From: Patescibacteria group bacterium
GTDB lineage: Bacteria; Patescibacteriota; UBA1384; XYA2-FULL-43-10
DNA length: 32,000 bases
Assembly: GCA_041674405.1 (NCBI GenBank)
Contig: JBAYVT010000004.1
Coordinates: forward strand, 30,001 to 62,000
Reading direction: 5' to 3'
Each line of letters opens with the position of its first letter. Within the stretch, counting starts at the first letter, position 1. Made by a program: the position numbers and the translations under genes. The notes under the pieces were generated by a model. It saw nothing but the letters and a program-made list of their open reading frames with translations. It did not search any database and was not told the origin of the DNA. Below are positions 16,224 to 24,236 of the stretch, piece by piece.

Positions 16224-16308
16224 TAATTTGCACAGGGATTTTGTTAGTGATATCCTTTAATCGAGATTGTTTTATTAAAATGTTGTCAAAGTTTTTCACA
16301 AATAAGTT

Positions 16309-17067
16309 ATGAACTTACAGGCAATTTTAGAGGAATTCGGGCTTTCCAAACGCCAGGCCAGCGTCTATCTGGCAAATTTGGAGTTGGGAGAGGCGAGTGT
16401 TGCTCAAATTGCCGAAAAAGCTCAAATCGAGCGTACTGGCACCTACTACGTTATAGAATCGCTGTGCGGCAAAGGCCTTATCGTCGAGATTGAGCGAGGC
16501 AAAAAAGATTTTTTTGTCGCCATCGAGCCAAAAGAGCTGCTATCAATTGCAAAAAGAAGAGAAAAGTTGATATTAGAACACCTGCAGGAATTTGAGGCCT
16601 TTTCGAATATCTCCTCGGAGAAACCTCATGTCCGCCTTTACACCGGAATCAACGGAATAAAAACGGTTTTTTTAAAAACAATTGAGAAACCAAAAATACA
16701 GATGCTGGGCTTTTCACCCTACAGAACAGCCGAGAAAACCGCCTGGTACAACGGCAAAGAGTATGTGGAATGGGGTTTGGACTATATCAGGAAACGAGCC
16801 TCCAGAAGGATTTTCGCTCGCACCATCGCTGAAGATACACCGGAATCACAAGCGCGCAAGGGGAGAGACGCTGAAGAACTGCGGGAAACACGTCTGGTTC
16901 CACACGATAAATTCCTGTTCACCAACGAAATAGCCATCCTCGACGATTGGGTCGCGGTAATTTCATACAAAGAGATGGCTGCGCTTGTAATTGAATCAAA
17001 AGAATTTACTAAAACAATGAGATCAATTTTTGAACTAGCATGGGATGGAGCGGAAAAATATTTGTAG
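16309..17067 (+). CDS. TrmB-family transcriptional regulator
   Basis: The N-terminal winged helix, LEEFGLSKRQASVYLANLELGEASVAQIAEKAQIERTGTYYVIESLCGKGLI, is typical of TrmB-type regulators. Confidence 0.75.
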   Translation: MNLQAILEEFGLSKRQASVYLANLELGEASVAQIAEKAQIERTGTYYVIESLCGKGLIVEIERGKKDFFVAIEPKELLSIAKRREKLILEHLQEFEAFSNISSEKPHVRLYTGINGIKTVFLKTIEKPKIQMLGFSPYRTAEKTAWYNGKEYVEWGLDYIRKRASRRIFARTIAEDTPESQARKGRDAEELRETRLVPHDKFLFTNEIAILDDWVAVISYKEMAALVIESKEFTKTMRSIFELAWDGAEKYL

Positions 17068-17119
17068 CCCAACGGATATTTCAGTTAATAATTTTTGACT
17101 TGCAATTTTGATTTTTGAG

Positions 17120-17599
17120 CTATTTAAGTTGGAGCGCGTCTCCAATTTTTATATTATTTTGAGAAACTATACCCGCCTTAAGTTCCAGAACCTCATTTAT
17201 ATCCGAATCCGGAACATAATTCGTAAGCTTATCTTCTGGCTCAACCGGAACATTTTCAACGATGCCTTTTACAATCCAGTCCTTCATCCAGACAATATCG
17301 ATTGGAAATTTCATCCCCTTCATCCAGAATGAGGGTTTGCCATAATTGTCAAAATAAAACAGCATCCCCTCATTGTCTTTTATATGATCGAATGCGGACA
17401 ATCCCATTTCGCGTTCAATTTGAGTCCTTGCCTCATAAACACTAAGCTCATGCCCCGAGATCACGATATCACGTTTGTTTAATTCGGTTTCGGCAATATT
17501 TTTAGGAGTCCTGATTTTCAAAAGAACAAAAGCAACGATCGATAACATAATTACGATCCATAAAATTCCTGAGGTTTTTGTATGTGTTGGGCGAGACAA
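17120..17599 (-). CDS. DUF192-family protein with an N-terminal membrane anchor
   Basis: MLFYFDNYGKPSFWMKGMKFPIDIVWM matches the remembered DUF192 core. The N-terminal TM is ILWIVIMLSIVAFVLL. Confidence 0.75.
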   Translation of the reverse strand: MSRPTHTKTSGILWIVIMLSIVAFVLLKIRTPKNIAETELNKRDIVISGHELSVYEARTQIEREMGLSAFDHIKDNEGMLFYFDNYGKPSFWMKGMKFPIDIVWMKDWIVKGIVENVPVEPEDKLTNYVPDSDINEVLELKAGIVSQNNIKIGDALQLK

Positions 17600-17644
17600 A
17601 GGTCGCTACGCTCCAAATTACAATGATAAATTACAAACAAATTG

Positions 17645-17680
17645 TAAATCAAAAAATCACAATGCTCAAATTGTGATTTT
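17645..17680 (-). terminator. Rho-independent terminator after jag
   Basis: AAAATCACAAT (17653-63) pairs with ATTGTGATTTT (17670-80) in an 11-bp stem. A T-run follows on the minus strand. Confidence 0.75.
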
Positions 17681-17714
17681 CCATGTCTAATTCGTGTGTT
17701 TAATCTTGTAGTTC

Positions 17715-18227
17715 CTACTGCTTGTTTGATTTTTTCGGTTTAATTACAATTCTTCTGTCTTGGCCGGTACCGATTGATTCTGATTCTACATCGGCAATAT
17801 TGGAAACAACCATGTGCACAATCCTTCTTTCGTATGAAGACATTGGGCTTAGCTCTTCGGATATTCCCGTGGCAAGCACTTGAAATGCTTTTTCCCGTGC
17901 ATGTTTTTTGGTGCCTTCAATCCTTTTGTCGCGATATCCGTCTATGTCAATAACCAGAGATTTGTTGTGCTGAGCGATTTCCTTTCCCATTATTGAGCGC
18001 AGAATATGCTGAAAAGACTCCAAGCCCTCCCCCCCTTTGCCAATTAGCAGAGCCGGCGATTCTAGGTTGAAGTTCATAAAAACTATATTGTCTTTAAATG
18101 TAACAATGGGATCAGCATCAAAGCCCATTAGGTCTAGGAGATTTTTTGAGTTGTCTTTAATTTTTAGGATCAATTCTTCCATTCTTGTCCTTCGATTTAA
18201 GTCTGCTGCAAAAGAATAATACCGCAC
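17715..18227 (-). CDS. jag: Jag/KhpB-type KH plus R3H RNA-binding protein
   Basis: The R3H region is MSSYERRIVHMVV. Its position directly after yidC is canonical. The start is uncertain: GTG at 18227 or ATG at 18182. Confidence 0.8.
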   Translation of the reverse strand: MRYYSFAADLNRRTRMEELILKIKDNSKNLLDLMGFDADPIVTFKDNIVFMNFNLESPALLIGKGGEGLESFQHILRSIMGKEIAQHNKSLVIDIDGYRDKRIEGTKKHAREKAFQVLATGISEELSPMSSYERRIVHMVVSNIADVESESIGTGQDRRIVIKPKKSNKQ

Positions 18228-18256
18228 CCACCCAATTGAATCAATGCCCGTGCCGG

Positions 18257-19141
18257 CTATTTCTTTTCGCGTATGGTAATCGACACGCCTTTTTTCTTGT
18301 CCTGTTTATCAAGCCGGCCCTGCATTACCTTTGTCATTAAGTCTTTTTTTGCTGGTTTTTCGGCTTTATTTTCTTTGGGTTCATCAATCTGTACAGGACT
18401 TAATTCAGCCGAATTTTCGTTTTTAGTTTTTAGTTTTTCGTTCCGGATGTTTGTATTCACGTAATACTGCTGGCCGATGCTAAAAATTGTAGTGATAATC
18501 CAGTAAATCACCAAAGCCGCGGGAACAGACCGGGCGATGAAAATGGTGATTAGGGGAAAAAGAAATATCATCTGTTTGTTCATCATTGCCATCGGATCAT
18601 TCTTTTGTGTAGGAGAAGCCTTTGGAAGAGTCATCCACGAAAGTAACATCTGCGTGGCACCGGCAATAATCGGCAGAATCCACAAATCGTGCAGTGCCAG
18701 ATTAAACCCTAAAAATACCGTGTGCAAGGCTTCTGGGCGCGGCGTAAAGGAGTACAAAAGGTCATACCGAGAAGTATCAAGGCCGATTTGGAATACTTGA
18801 TATAGAATAATGATGATTGGAAGCTGAATTAAGAGAGGCAAACACGAGCCCCAAGGGGACGTCCCCTCTTCTTTGTAGAGCCTCATCATTTCCTCATTCA
18901 TTTTTTTCGGATCATCTTTGTGTTTCGTCCTGATTTCATTCATCTTTGGCTGAACCGCTTGCAGCTTTACACTCGCTTTTGCCGCCTTAAGGGAGCTTGG
19001 CAACAGAATCAAACGGATAATGATCGTTAAAATGACAATAGACCAACCCACAGAACCGCCCGTTGCCCATGCGAAAAAGATTAGAAGATTATAAAACGGA
19101 ATATAGAGCACTGCTCTAAAAATTTCTTTAATAAAACTCAT
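18257..19141 (-). CDS. yidC: Membrane protein insertase YidC
   Basis: GWSIVILTIIIRLILLPSSLKAAKASVKLQAVQPKMNEIRTKH is the YidC/Oxa1 core, and the protein is multi-TM. Confidence 0.9.
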   Translation of the reverse strand: MSFIKEIFRAVLYIPFYNLLIFFAWATGGSVGWSIVILTIIIRLILLPSSLKAAKASVKLQAVQPKMNEIRTKHKDDPKKMNEEMMRLYKEEGTSPWGSCLPLLIQLPIIIILYQVFQIGLDTSRYDLLYSFTPRPEALHTVFLGFNLALHDLWILPIIAGATQMLLSWMTLPKASPTQKNDPMAMMNKQMIFLFPLITIFIARSVPAALVIYWIITTIFSIGQQYYVNTNIRNEKLKTKNENSAELSPVQIDEPKENKAEKPAKKDLMTKVMQGRLDKQDKKKGVSITIREKK

Positions 19142-19279
19142 TAAGTTCCTTATTGTTACATTGCTAAATGGTTAAATTGTTATTTTTCAAGTTTGTCATT
19201 TGTATATTTTATCAAGTAATTTATTGATCGCGGAAGCTTTTGTAAGTGCTCCAAAAATAAAACAATTTAACAATGCGGG

Positions 19280-19513
19280 CTATTTGACTTCGTCAATTCC
19301 GCCACCACTCCATGGATTACATCTTAAAACGCGCCAAAACGCAAGTGCAAGGCCCTTTCCGGCCCCGTATTTCATCACCGCTTGGCGGCCATATTCCGAA
19401 CAATGCGGAGTATATTTGCAATATCCGCCTGAAAATCTTGCCGAAAACCAACCGGTGTCAGGAGACAATGTCCGCTGATATAATTCAATAATTTTTATAA
19501 CAATCTTTTTCAT
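19280..19513 (-). CDS. yidD: Membrane protein insertion efficiency factor YidD
   Basis: YQRTLSP...CKYTPHCSEYGRQAVMKYG...LRCNPWSGGGIDEV is the YidD signature. It has an ATGA overlap with rnpA. Confidence 0.9.
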   Translation of the reverse strand: MKKIVIKIIELYQRTLSPDTGWFSARFSGGYCKYTPHCSEYGRQAVMKYGAGKGLALAFWRVLRCNPWSGGGIDEVK

Positions 19514-19851
19514 TTAATTACATTTGCTCTTTTTAAGCCCTCTATTATCTGTAGTTTAATTTTTCCGTAATTATATGGCAGGGGAAAGTCTTGTTTAACC
19601 ATAATCGCTACATCAAAGCCTTGGTTTATCTGTGGCCAAGTTTCTTGCACAATGGCTCTCAGGCGTCTTCGAAGGGCATTGCGGCGGCTTGCCCTTTTAT
19701 CAATCTTGTTTGAAACAACAAATCCAAACCGGGATTTGTCCCGCCCCTTTGCAACACGAAAAACGAGGTTTTCTGTATAAATCGGTTTGGATGATTTAAA
19801 AATCTTCTGAAAATCTTTATTGGTTCGAAGTCTGTTTTGTTTTGGAAGCAT
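19510..19851 (-). CDS. rnpA: Ribonuclease P protein component
   Basis: MLPKQNRLRTNKDFQKIFK...FGFVVSNKIDKRASRRNALRRRLR is the RnpA pattern. Confidence 0.88.
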   Translation of the reverse strand: MLPKQNRLRTNKDFQKIFKSSKPIYTENLVFRVAKGRDKSRFGFVVSNKIDKRASRRNALRRRLRAIVQETWPQINQGFDVAIMVKQDFPLPYNYGKIKLQIIEGLKRANVIK

Positions 19852-19879
19852 GAGCCGATTTTAGCACAAATATGAGCTT

Positions 19880-19924
19880 AATACGAATAAACACAGAGAC
19901 AGCCACCTCGATGCGAGATGGCTG
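19880..19924 (-). terminator. Hairpin terminator downstream of the GC-rich secreted-protein gene
   Basis: CAGCCACCTCG (19900-10) pairs with CGAGATGGCTG (19914-24) in an 11-bp stem with one mismatch. A T-rich tract follows on the minus strand. Confidence 0.5.
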
Positions 19925-19953
19925 CCCTGAAAGTCCCTCCAGGTTGTTGGTCG

Positions 19954-20466
19954 CTAGAAGCGGCCGATGTTGTACTGGGCGCAGACGCTGTCGTCCTGCC
20001 CATCCACGCAGAGCCGGTATAGCCCTGATGCGCGGCCGGACTTCCAACAGAACTGGATGGTCTGGTAGGGCTTGCACCCCGCCTGGTATTTCACATACCC
20101 CATCGCATCCAGGCCCCTCACGATCTTGACCGGCGGCGTCGTAACGTCCGCCCGCCACGGGTCGTATCCCCACACACGAAGACACGAATTCCAGGGGTTG
20201 ACCTCGGCGCCGAGCCTCAGCCGCTCATTGTCCGTCCTGGCAAGCCAGAGGACATCGGCCGGCTTGTACCCTGCCATCAGCAGAGTGTAGGGCCCGTCCA
20301 CCTGCTGTTCGGCGTAGAACCACGCCGAACCGCGAGCAACGGTCACGGTTGCAGCCGTGTACTCGCCTTGGACGAACACACCCGGAGACACCGACACCTC
20401 GTCCGCGAAAGCGACCGAGACGGACAAAGCCAACATTGCGATCAGAACAGCGGTAATAGCGCGCAT
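19954..20466 (-). CDS. Secreted Cys/Trp-rich hypothetical protein (GC-rich)
   Basis: The signal peptide is MRAITAVLIAMLALSVSVAFA/DE. The mature protein is about 149 aa with 5 Cys. An AGGAGG SD lies 6 nt before the ATG. No family was recognised. Confidence 0.65.
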   Translation of the reverse strand: MRAITAVLIAMLALSVSVAFADEVSVSPGVFVQGEYTAATVTVARGSAWFYAEQQVDGPYTLLMAGYKPADVLWLARTDNERLRLGAEVNPWNSCLRVWGYDPWRADVTTPPVKIVRGLDAMGYVKYQAGCKPYQTIQFCWKSGRASGLYRLCVDGQDDSVCAQYNIGRF

Positions 20467-20512
20467 GTTTGCGCCTCCTGTACCCGAAATTGTACGCCTG
20501 ATACCGACAATT

Positions 20513-20541
20513 CAATATATACTATTTCTCATCAATTGTCA
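20513..20541 (-). promoter_or_regulatory. Sigma70-type promoter TTGACA-N17-TATATT for the GC-rich secreted-protein gene
   Basis: On the minus strand, TTGACA is the complement of 20536-20541 and TATATT is the complement of 20513-20518, with an exact 17-nt spacer. Confidence 0.6.
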
Positions 20542-20553
20542 ATCTTCTCGAGC

Positions 20554-20580
20554 ACAAAAAAAGAACCCGTGGGGCTCCCA
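20554..20580 (-). terminator. Rho-independent terminator after rpmH
   Basis: The minus-strand RNA GAGCCC-CAC-GGGTTC includes a G-U pair that only works on this strand, followed by TTTTTTT. Confidence 0.6.
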
Positions 20581-20646
20581 AATACATGATTAAATGGTTA
20601 TATTATTATTCTCAACAATTTAGCAATACAGCAATTTAGCAATTTA

Positions 20647-20784
20647 TTAGGCTGAAAGTTTCGCTCTGCCTTTCGCTCGGCGGTTTGCAAGAACATTTCT
20701 GCCGGCACGAGAAGCCATGCGCGAGAAAAACCCGTGTTTCTTTGCCCTTCTTCTTTTGTTTGGTTGGTATGTGCCTTTTTTCAT
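20647..20784 (-). CDS. rpmH: 50S ribosomal protein L34
   Basis: [45 protein letters not shown] is 45 aa. The track ORF (to 20940) is an upstream read-through extension. Confidence 0.92.
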   Translation of the reverse strand: MKKGTYQPNKRRRAKKHGFFSRMASRAGRNVLANRRAKGRAKLSA

Positions 20785-20974
20785 AAGATCATTCTTCAAA
20801 AATAAAAACACCGAAATCGTGTTTGACTTAAGTAAAGTACCATAATTAATAGTTAAAGTCAACGATTTAGAGATAGTGGCTTTGCCCAGTGAAGAGCCCG
20901 AAACTGAACGAAGTGAATTTTGGAGTGTCTTCACGGACAAAGCAATACAATATATGCGTGCAGGAGTAAGGGTC

Positions 20975-21021
20975 TTAGGGGGCTAGAGGGCTGCCCCGCA
21001 ATTAAGCCCTCTGCCCCCTAA
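20975..21021. other. Long GC-rich imperfect palindrome/hairpin in the rpmH-dnaA spacer
   Basis: TTAGGGGGC-t-AGAGGGCT (20975-92) pairs with AGCCCTCT-GCCCCCTAA (21005-21). That is 17 bp with a 1-nt bulge and a 12-nt loop. Confidence 0.7.
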
Positions 21022-21114
21022 TATAATGGCTATTTTATTTGTAGGTTTCTCGGCAAGCTCGAAATGACAAGTGTATTTGAGATTGTCTGCCGTACTACGT
21101 CAGACAAGGCATTA

Positions 21115-21139
21115 ATCCCGAGCTTGTCGAGGGATTGAC
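21115..21139 (+). repeat. 25-bp direct repeat, copy 1 (ATCCCGAGCTTGTCGAGGGATTGAC)
   Basis: It is exactly identical to 21210-21234 and contains an internal 6-bp stem, AATCCC/GGGATT. A degenerate inverted relative lies at about 21047-21063. Confidence 0.8.
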
Positions 21140-21209
21140 TCATTCGACTGTGCTCAGAGTCAATCCAAAAACTTTGAGTAATTTATCACCATTATAGCCA
21201 CAGCAATTT

Positions 21210-21234
21210 ATCCCGAGCTTGTCGAGGGATTGAC
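21210..21234 (+). repeat. 25-bp direct repeat, copy 2
   Basis: It is exactly identical to 21115-21139 and sits 6 nt upstream of a perfect DnaA box. Confidence 0.8.
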
Positions 21235-21240
21235 ACACCC

Positions 21241-21249
21241 TGTGGATAA
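21241..21249 (-). promoter_or_regulatory. Perfect DnaA box (TGTGGATAA, complement of TTATCCACA) upstream of dnaA
   Basis: This is an exact 9-mer. The extended context CACCCTGTGGATAAC recurs at about 21587-21602 (inside dnaA) and at 23024-23040 (CACCCTGTGGAAAAC). Confidence 0.75.
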
Positions 21250-21293
21250 CTTGATATAGTTTTTACATAAGATTAATTGCCTTAAGGAACTGA

Positions 21294-22682
21294 ATGGACC
21301 TGGTCGAAATTTGGCGAAATTCATTAGGTGAACTCGAAGTGTCCATATCACGGGCCAATTTCACGACGTGGTTTAAAAATACTTTTATTCTCGACTTCAA
21401 AAAGGGCATTTTAACAATCGGGGTGCCAACTTTTTTTGTTGAGGATTGGCTCAAGAAAAAATATTTGTCCGAAATTGAAAAGGCACTAGCTCACCAGATC
21501 AGCGAGGAAATAAAACAAATAAAGTTTAAGGTTGCCACCCCTTCCACAGAGCAAGTAGTCAGGTTTGAAAAAGACAAAGTTGTCCACACCCCTGTGGATA
21601 ACAAGGAGGCTATTAAACCGACTCACATCGTTCAGACTTTAACAGAAAATTCGACACTAAATGACTATTATAGATTCGACAATTTTGTTGTAGGCTCATC
21701 CAACCAATTGGCATACGCTGCTGCCGACGCGGTTTCAAAAACCCCTGGAATTGTTTACAATCCTTTATTCATTTATGGCGATTCAGGTCTCGGCAAAACT
21801 CACCTAATGCAAGCCATCGGGCATCACGTCCTTTCAAAAAATCCAAACAAACGCATCCTTTATGTTAGTTCGGAAACTTTTGTTAATGATTATATTTCGG
21901 CTGTTGAGTCTGGTTCTGGAAAAGCAAAAGATTTCAAAAACCGTTATCGCAACGTCGATGTCCTTTTAATTGACGATATTCAATTTTTATCAGGCAAAGA
22001 GGGGACACAAGAAGAATTTTTTCACACCTTTAATCATTTACACCAAAACAAGAAACAAGTTGTCCTTACCGCTGACCGCACCCCGAAAGCAATTAAAGGG
22101 CTTGAGAGGCGCTTACAAACGCGTTTTGAGGGTGGAATGGTAGCTGACATCGGATTACCGGATTTAGAAACAAGAGCGGCAATTCTGCGACAGAAAGCCA
22201 AAGTTCAAAACTTTGAAGTGCCGGATGATGTCATCAACCATATTGCAGAAAATATTAAATCATCGGTCCGCGAGCTCGAAGGAGCATTGACTAAAATTTT
22301 TGCATTTTGCAATCTAAAACAATGCGAACCAAATATGTCGGTGGCTTCAGAAATATTAGGTAATATTATTGAAGACAGAAGAACCACTATTACTCCAGAT
22401 CTAATCATCCGAGAAATATGCAAATATTTTCATGTCCCTGTTGAGGATTTACTTGGCAGAAAAAGAAATAAAGAGATTGTGCGGCCAAGGCAGGTTGCAA
22501 TGTATCTTTTGCGCCACGAGGCATCACTTTCTTTTCCGGAAATTGGGCGGGAAATGGGAGGAAAAGACCACACTACTATTATGCATGGATGCACGAAGGT
22601 AGAGAGTGAAATATCACAAGACTTAAGGTTAAAAGATGAAATATCAAATATTAAAAACAAAGTTCATCTGGTAGTTTCTTAA
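21294..22682 (+). CDS. dnaA: Chromosomal replication initiator protein DnaA
   Basis: Walker A is GDSGLGKTHL, followed by LLIDDIQFL, the sensor regions and the C-terminal DNA-binding helix (RPRQVAMYLLR...DHTTIMH). Confidence 0.95.
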   Translation: MDLVEIWRNSLGELEVSISRANFTTWFKNTFILDFKKGILTIGVPTFFVEDWLKKKYLSEIEKALAHQISEEIKQIKFKVATPSTEQVVRFEKDKVVHTPVDNKEAIKPTHIVQTLTENSTLNDYYRFDNFVVGSSNQLAYAAADAVSKTPGIVYNPLFIYGDSGLGKTHLMQAIGHHVLSKNPNKRILYVSSETFVNDYISAVESGSGKAKDFKNRYRNVDVLLIDDIQFLSGKEGTQEEFFHTFNHLHQNKKQVVLTADRTPKAIKGLERRLQTRFEGGMVADIGLPDLETRAAILRQKAKVQNFEVPDDVINHIAENIKSSVRELEGALTKIFAFCNLKQCEPNMSVASEILGNIIEDRRTTITPDLIIREICKYFHVPVEDLLGRKRNKEIVRPRQVAMYLLRHEASLSFPEIGREMGGKDHTTIMHGCTKVESEISQDLRLKDEISNIKNKVHLVVS

Positions 22683-23118
22683 TTTTCCACATCGGTTTGG
22701 AAATAAAAACAGATATTTATTGTAATAACATTAATAATAAGGCCTGTGGATAGTGTGGAAATCTTTAAAAAATGTTTATCACTTTAACAATTTCAATAAA
22801 TATCCTGTGAATTAATTAGTGCACAAGCTGTGTCTTTCCTGTGAAAAAAGCTTTGTAAGTTGTTTATAACTTTTTCAATAAATTTTATCTTTGGAATAAT
22901 TCACATAAATATCCACAATTTTCCACAAGAAAAATCTCAGTTATCCACATATCACAAACAAGAAATAAGAAATAAGAAATGTGGTACTACAAAATTAGCC
23001 ATTAACCAAAACCAAAATTATCCACCACCCTGTGGAAAACATCAAAAGTAAATATCAAGCAAAAACCAATACATTATCTAATTAACCAGCCAATCAATTA
23101 ACTAAGAATAGAGGAAAA
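22683..23118. other. Candidate oriC (dnaA-dnaN spacer with a DnaA-box cluster and AT-rich tracts)
   Basis: Boxes: TTTTCCACA 22683-91; TGTGGATAG 22745-53; TGTGGAAAT 22754-62; ATATCCACA 22909-17; TTTTCCACA 22919-27; perfect TTATCCACA 22941-49; TTATCCACC 23018-26; TGTGGAAAA 23031-39. There is also (AAGAAAT)x3 at 22960-80. Confidence 0.75.
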
Positions 23119-24222
23119 ATGAAAGCGACAATATTACAATCGAATTTTTCAAAAGCAATTAATGTGGTTTCTCGTGTGGTTGGAACCCGCACAACGTTGC
23201 CAGTTTTAAACAATATTCTGCTTTCGATAGATAAAGGAAAAATCAAACTATCGGCAACCGATTTGGAGGTTGCTATCACAACCCAGGTTATCGGAAAAAT
23301 TGATGATTCGGGAAAGGTTACAATTCCAGCGAGACTCTTGTCCGATTTTGTCCACAATAACAGCGATGAGCAGATTTCTATTGAAACAAAAGATCTTTCC
23401 GTAAATTTGAGATCAGACAGATTTGAGGCAACAATCCAAGGTATTGATGCCGATGAATTCCCTACAATCCCCGATATGGACAAAGATGCTTTCTGTGAAC
23501 TTGCCGGGAAAGACTTAATTGATGTACTTAAAAAGGTCACTATATCCGCTGCAAATGATGAAACACGGCCGGTGCTAGCTGGTGTTTATATGAAATTTGA
23601 GGGAAAATCAGCAATTTTTGCTGCCACGGATTCATACAGACTGTCAGAAAAAAAGATTGCCCTTTCCAAGGAAGTAGAAAAAAAAGAAATCATTGTGCCG
23701 GCCCGAACCATGAATGAGCTACTTCGAATTCTTTCCGGTGAAATGGTGGAGAAAGTTAAATTAATCGCAGAAGAAAACCAAATTTCATTTGTGGTTGCCG
23801 ATACCCAGATCGTGTCGAGACTGATTGAGGGCAATTTCCCAAATTACGAACAGATTATTCCGAAGAGCTCGAAAATTAATGTTAAAGCCCCGACAAGCGA
23901 AACTCTTTCTGCTATTAAAATGTCGGCTCTTTTTGCCAAAGACATGGCAAACAACATCAAAATCATATGCAACAAAGATGGTATGACCGTAAAATCGGCA
24001 ACAACCGGCGCCGGATCGACAACATCACATGTGAAGGCAAATGTTTCCGGAGGTGAAATCGAGGTATCATTCAACGCCAGGTATCTTTTGGATGTGATAA
24101 ATATTCTTCCCGATGAAGACATTGTCCTAAGCTTTAATGATGAGGCGTCAGCCGGGGTTATTAAATCGGAAAAAGACAAAGAATTTGTCTATCTCGTCAT
24201 GCCACTAAGGACAGAACAATAA
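23119..24222 (+). CDS. dnaN: DNA polymerase III beta sliding clamp
   Basis: It is 367 aa, sits after dnaA, and has the typical three-domain pattern (PVLNNILL...LSATDLEVAI...; C-terminal YLVMPLR). Confidence 0.93.
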   Translation: MKATILQSNFSKAINVVSRVVGTRTTLPVLNNILLSIDKGKIKLSATDLEVAITTQVIGKIDDSGKVTIPARLLSDFVHNNSDEQISIETKDLSVNLRSDRFEATIQGIDADEFPTIPDMDKDAFCELAGKDLIDVLKKVTISAANDETRPVLAGVYMKFEGKSAIFAATDSYRLSEKKIALSKEVEKKEIIVPARTMNELLRILSGEMVEKVKLIAEENQISFVVADTQIVSRLIEGNFPNYEQIIPKSSKINVKAPTSETLSAIKMSALFAKDMANNIKIICNKDGMTVKSATTGAGSTTSHVKANVSGGEIEVSFNARYLLDVINILPDEDIVLSFNDEASAGVIKSEKDKEFVYLVMPLRTEQ

Positions 24223-24236
24223 TAGGAAATTTCATC

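Noticed and set aside
16159-16299. 47-codon N-terminal extension of the GNAT-like ORF as given in the track
   Set aside because: The extension lies in the AT-rich spacer and reads as Lys/Arg/Ile-rich junk. The internal ATG at 16158 has a strong AAAGGAGG SD and coincides with the compositional boundary.
16160-16310. A third copy of the tRNA-Ser 3'-end repeat closing off the first GC-rich block
   Set aside because: The best candidate (ATTATCCCTCCGTCTTGGCA, about 16195-16214) shares only a scattered minority of positions with AAATCCCACCCTCACCGCCA, which is not convincing. The right-hand boundary therefore remains undefined.
19817-20593. Alternative-frame ORFs in the second GC-rich block (19817-20185, 19872-20129, 20072-20290, 20225-20515, 20357-20593)
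   Set aside because: The same GC-driven artefact applies. Only the 19954-20466 frame has an SD, an ATG start and a signal peptide.
20785-20940. 97-aa version of the rpmH ORF
   Set aside because: L34 is about 45 aa. The conserved MKKGTYQPN start is at 20784, and the upstream part is non-coding read-through.
21115-21234. Possible CRISPR-like array from the 25-bp exact repeats
   Set aside because: There are only two exact copies with a 70-bp spacer, no cas genes, and a location in an origin-proximal spacer next to a DnaA box. I treated it as a regulatory or structural repeat.
22860-23051. 63-aa ORF inside the dnaA-dnaN spacer
   Set aside because: It runs through the DnaA-box cluster and AT-rich tracts, has no SD, and its composition reflects the repeat content.
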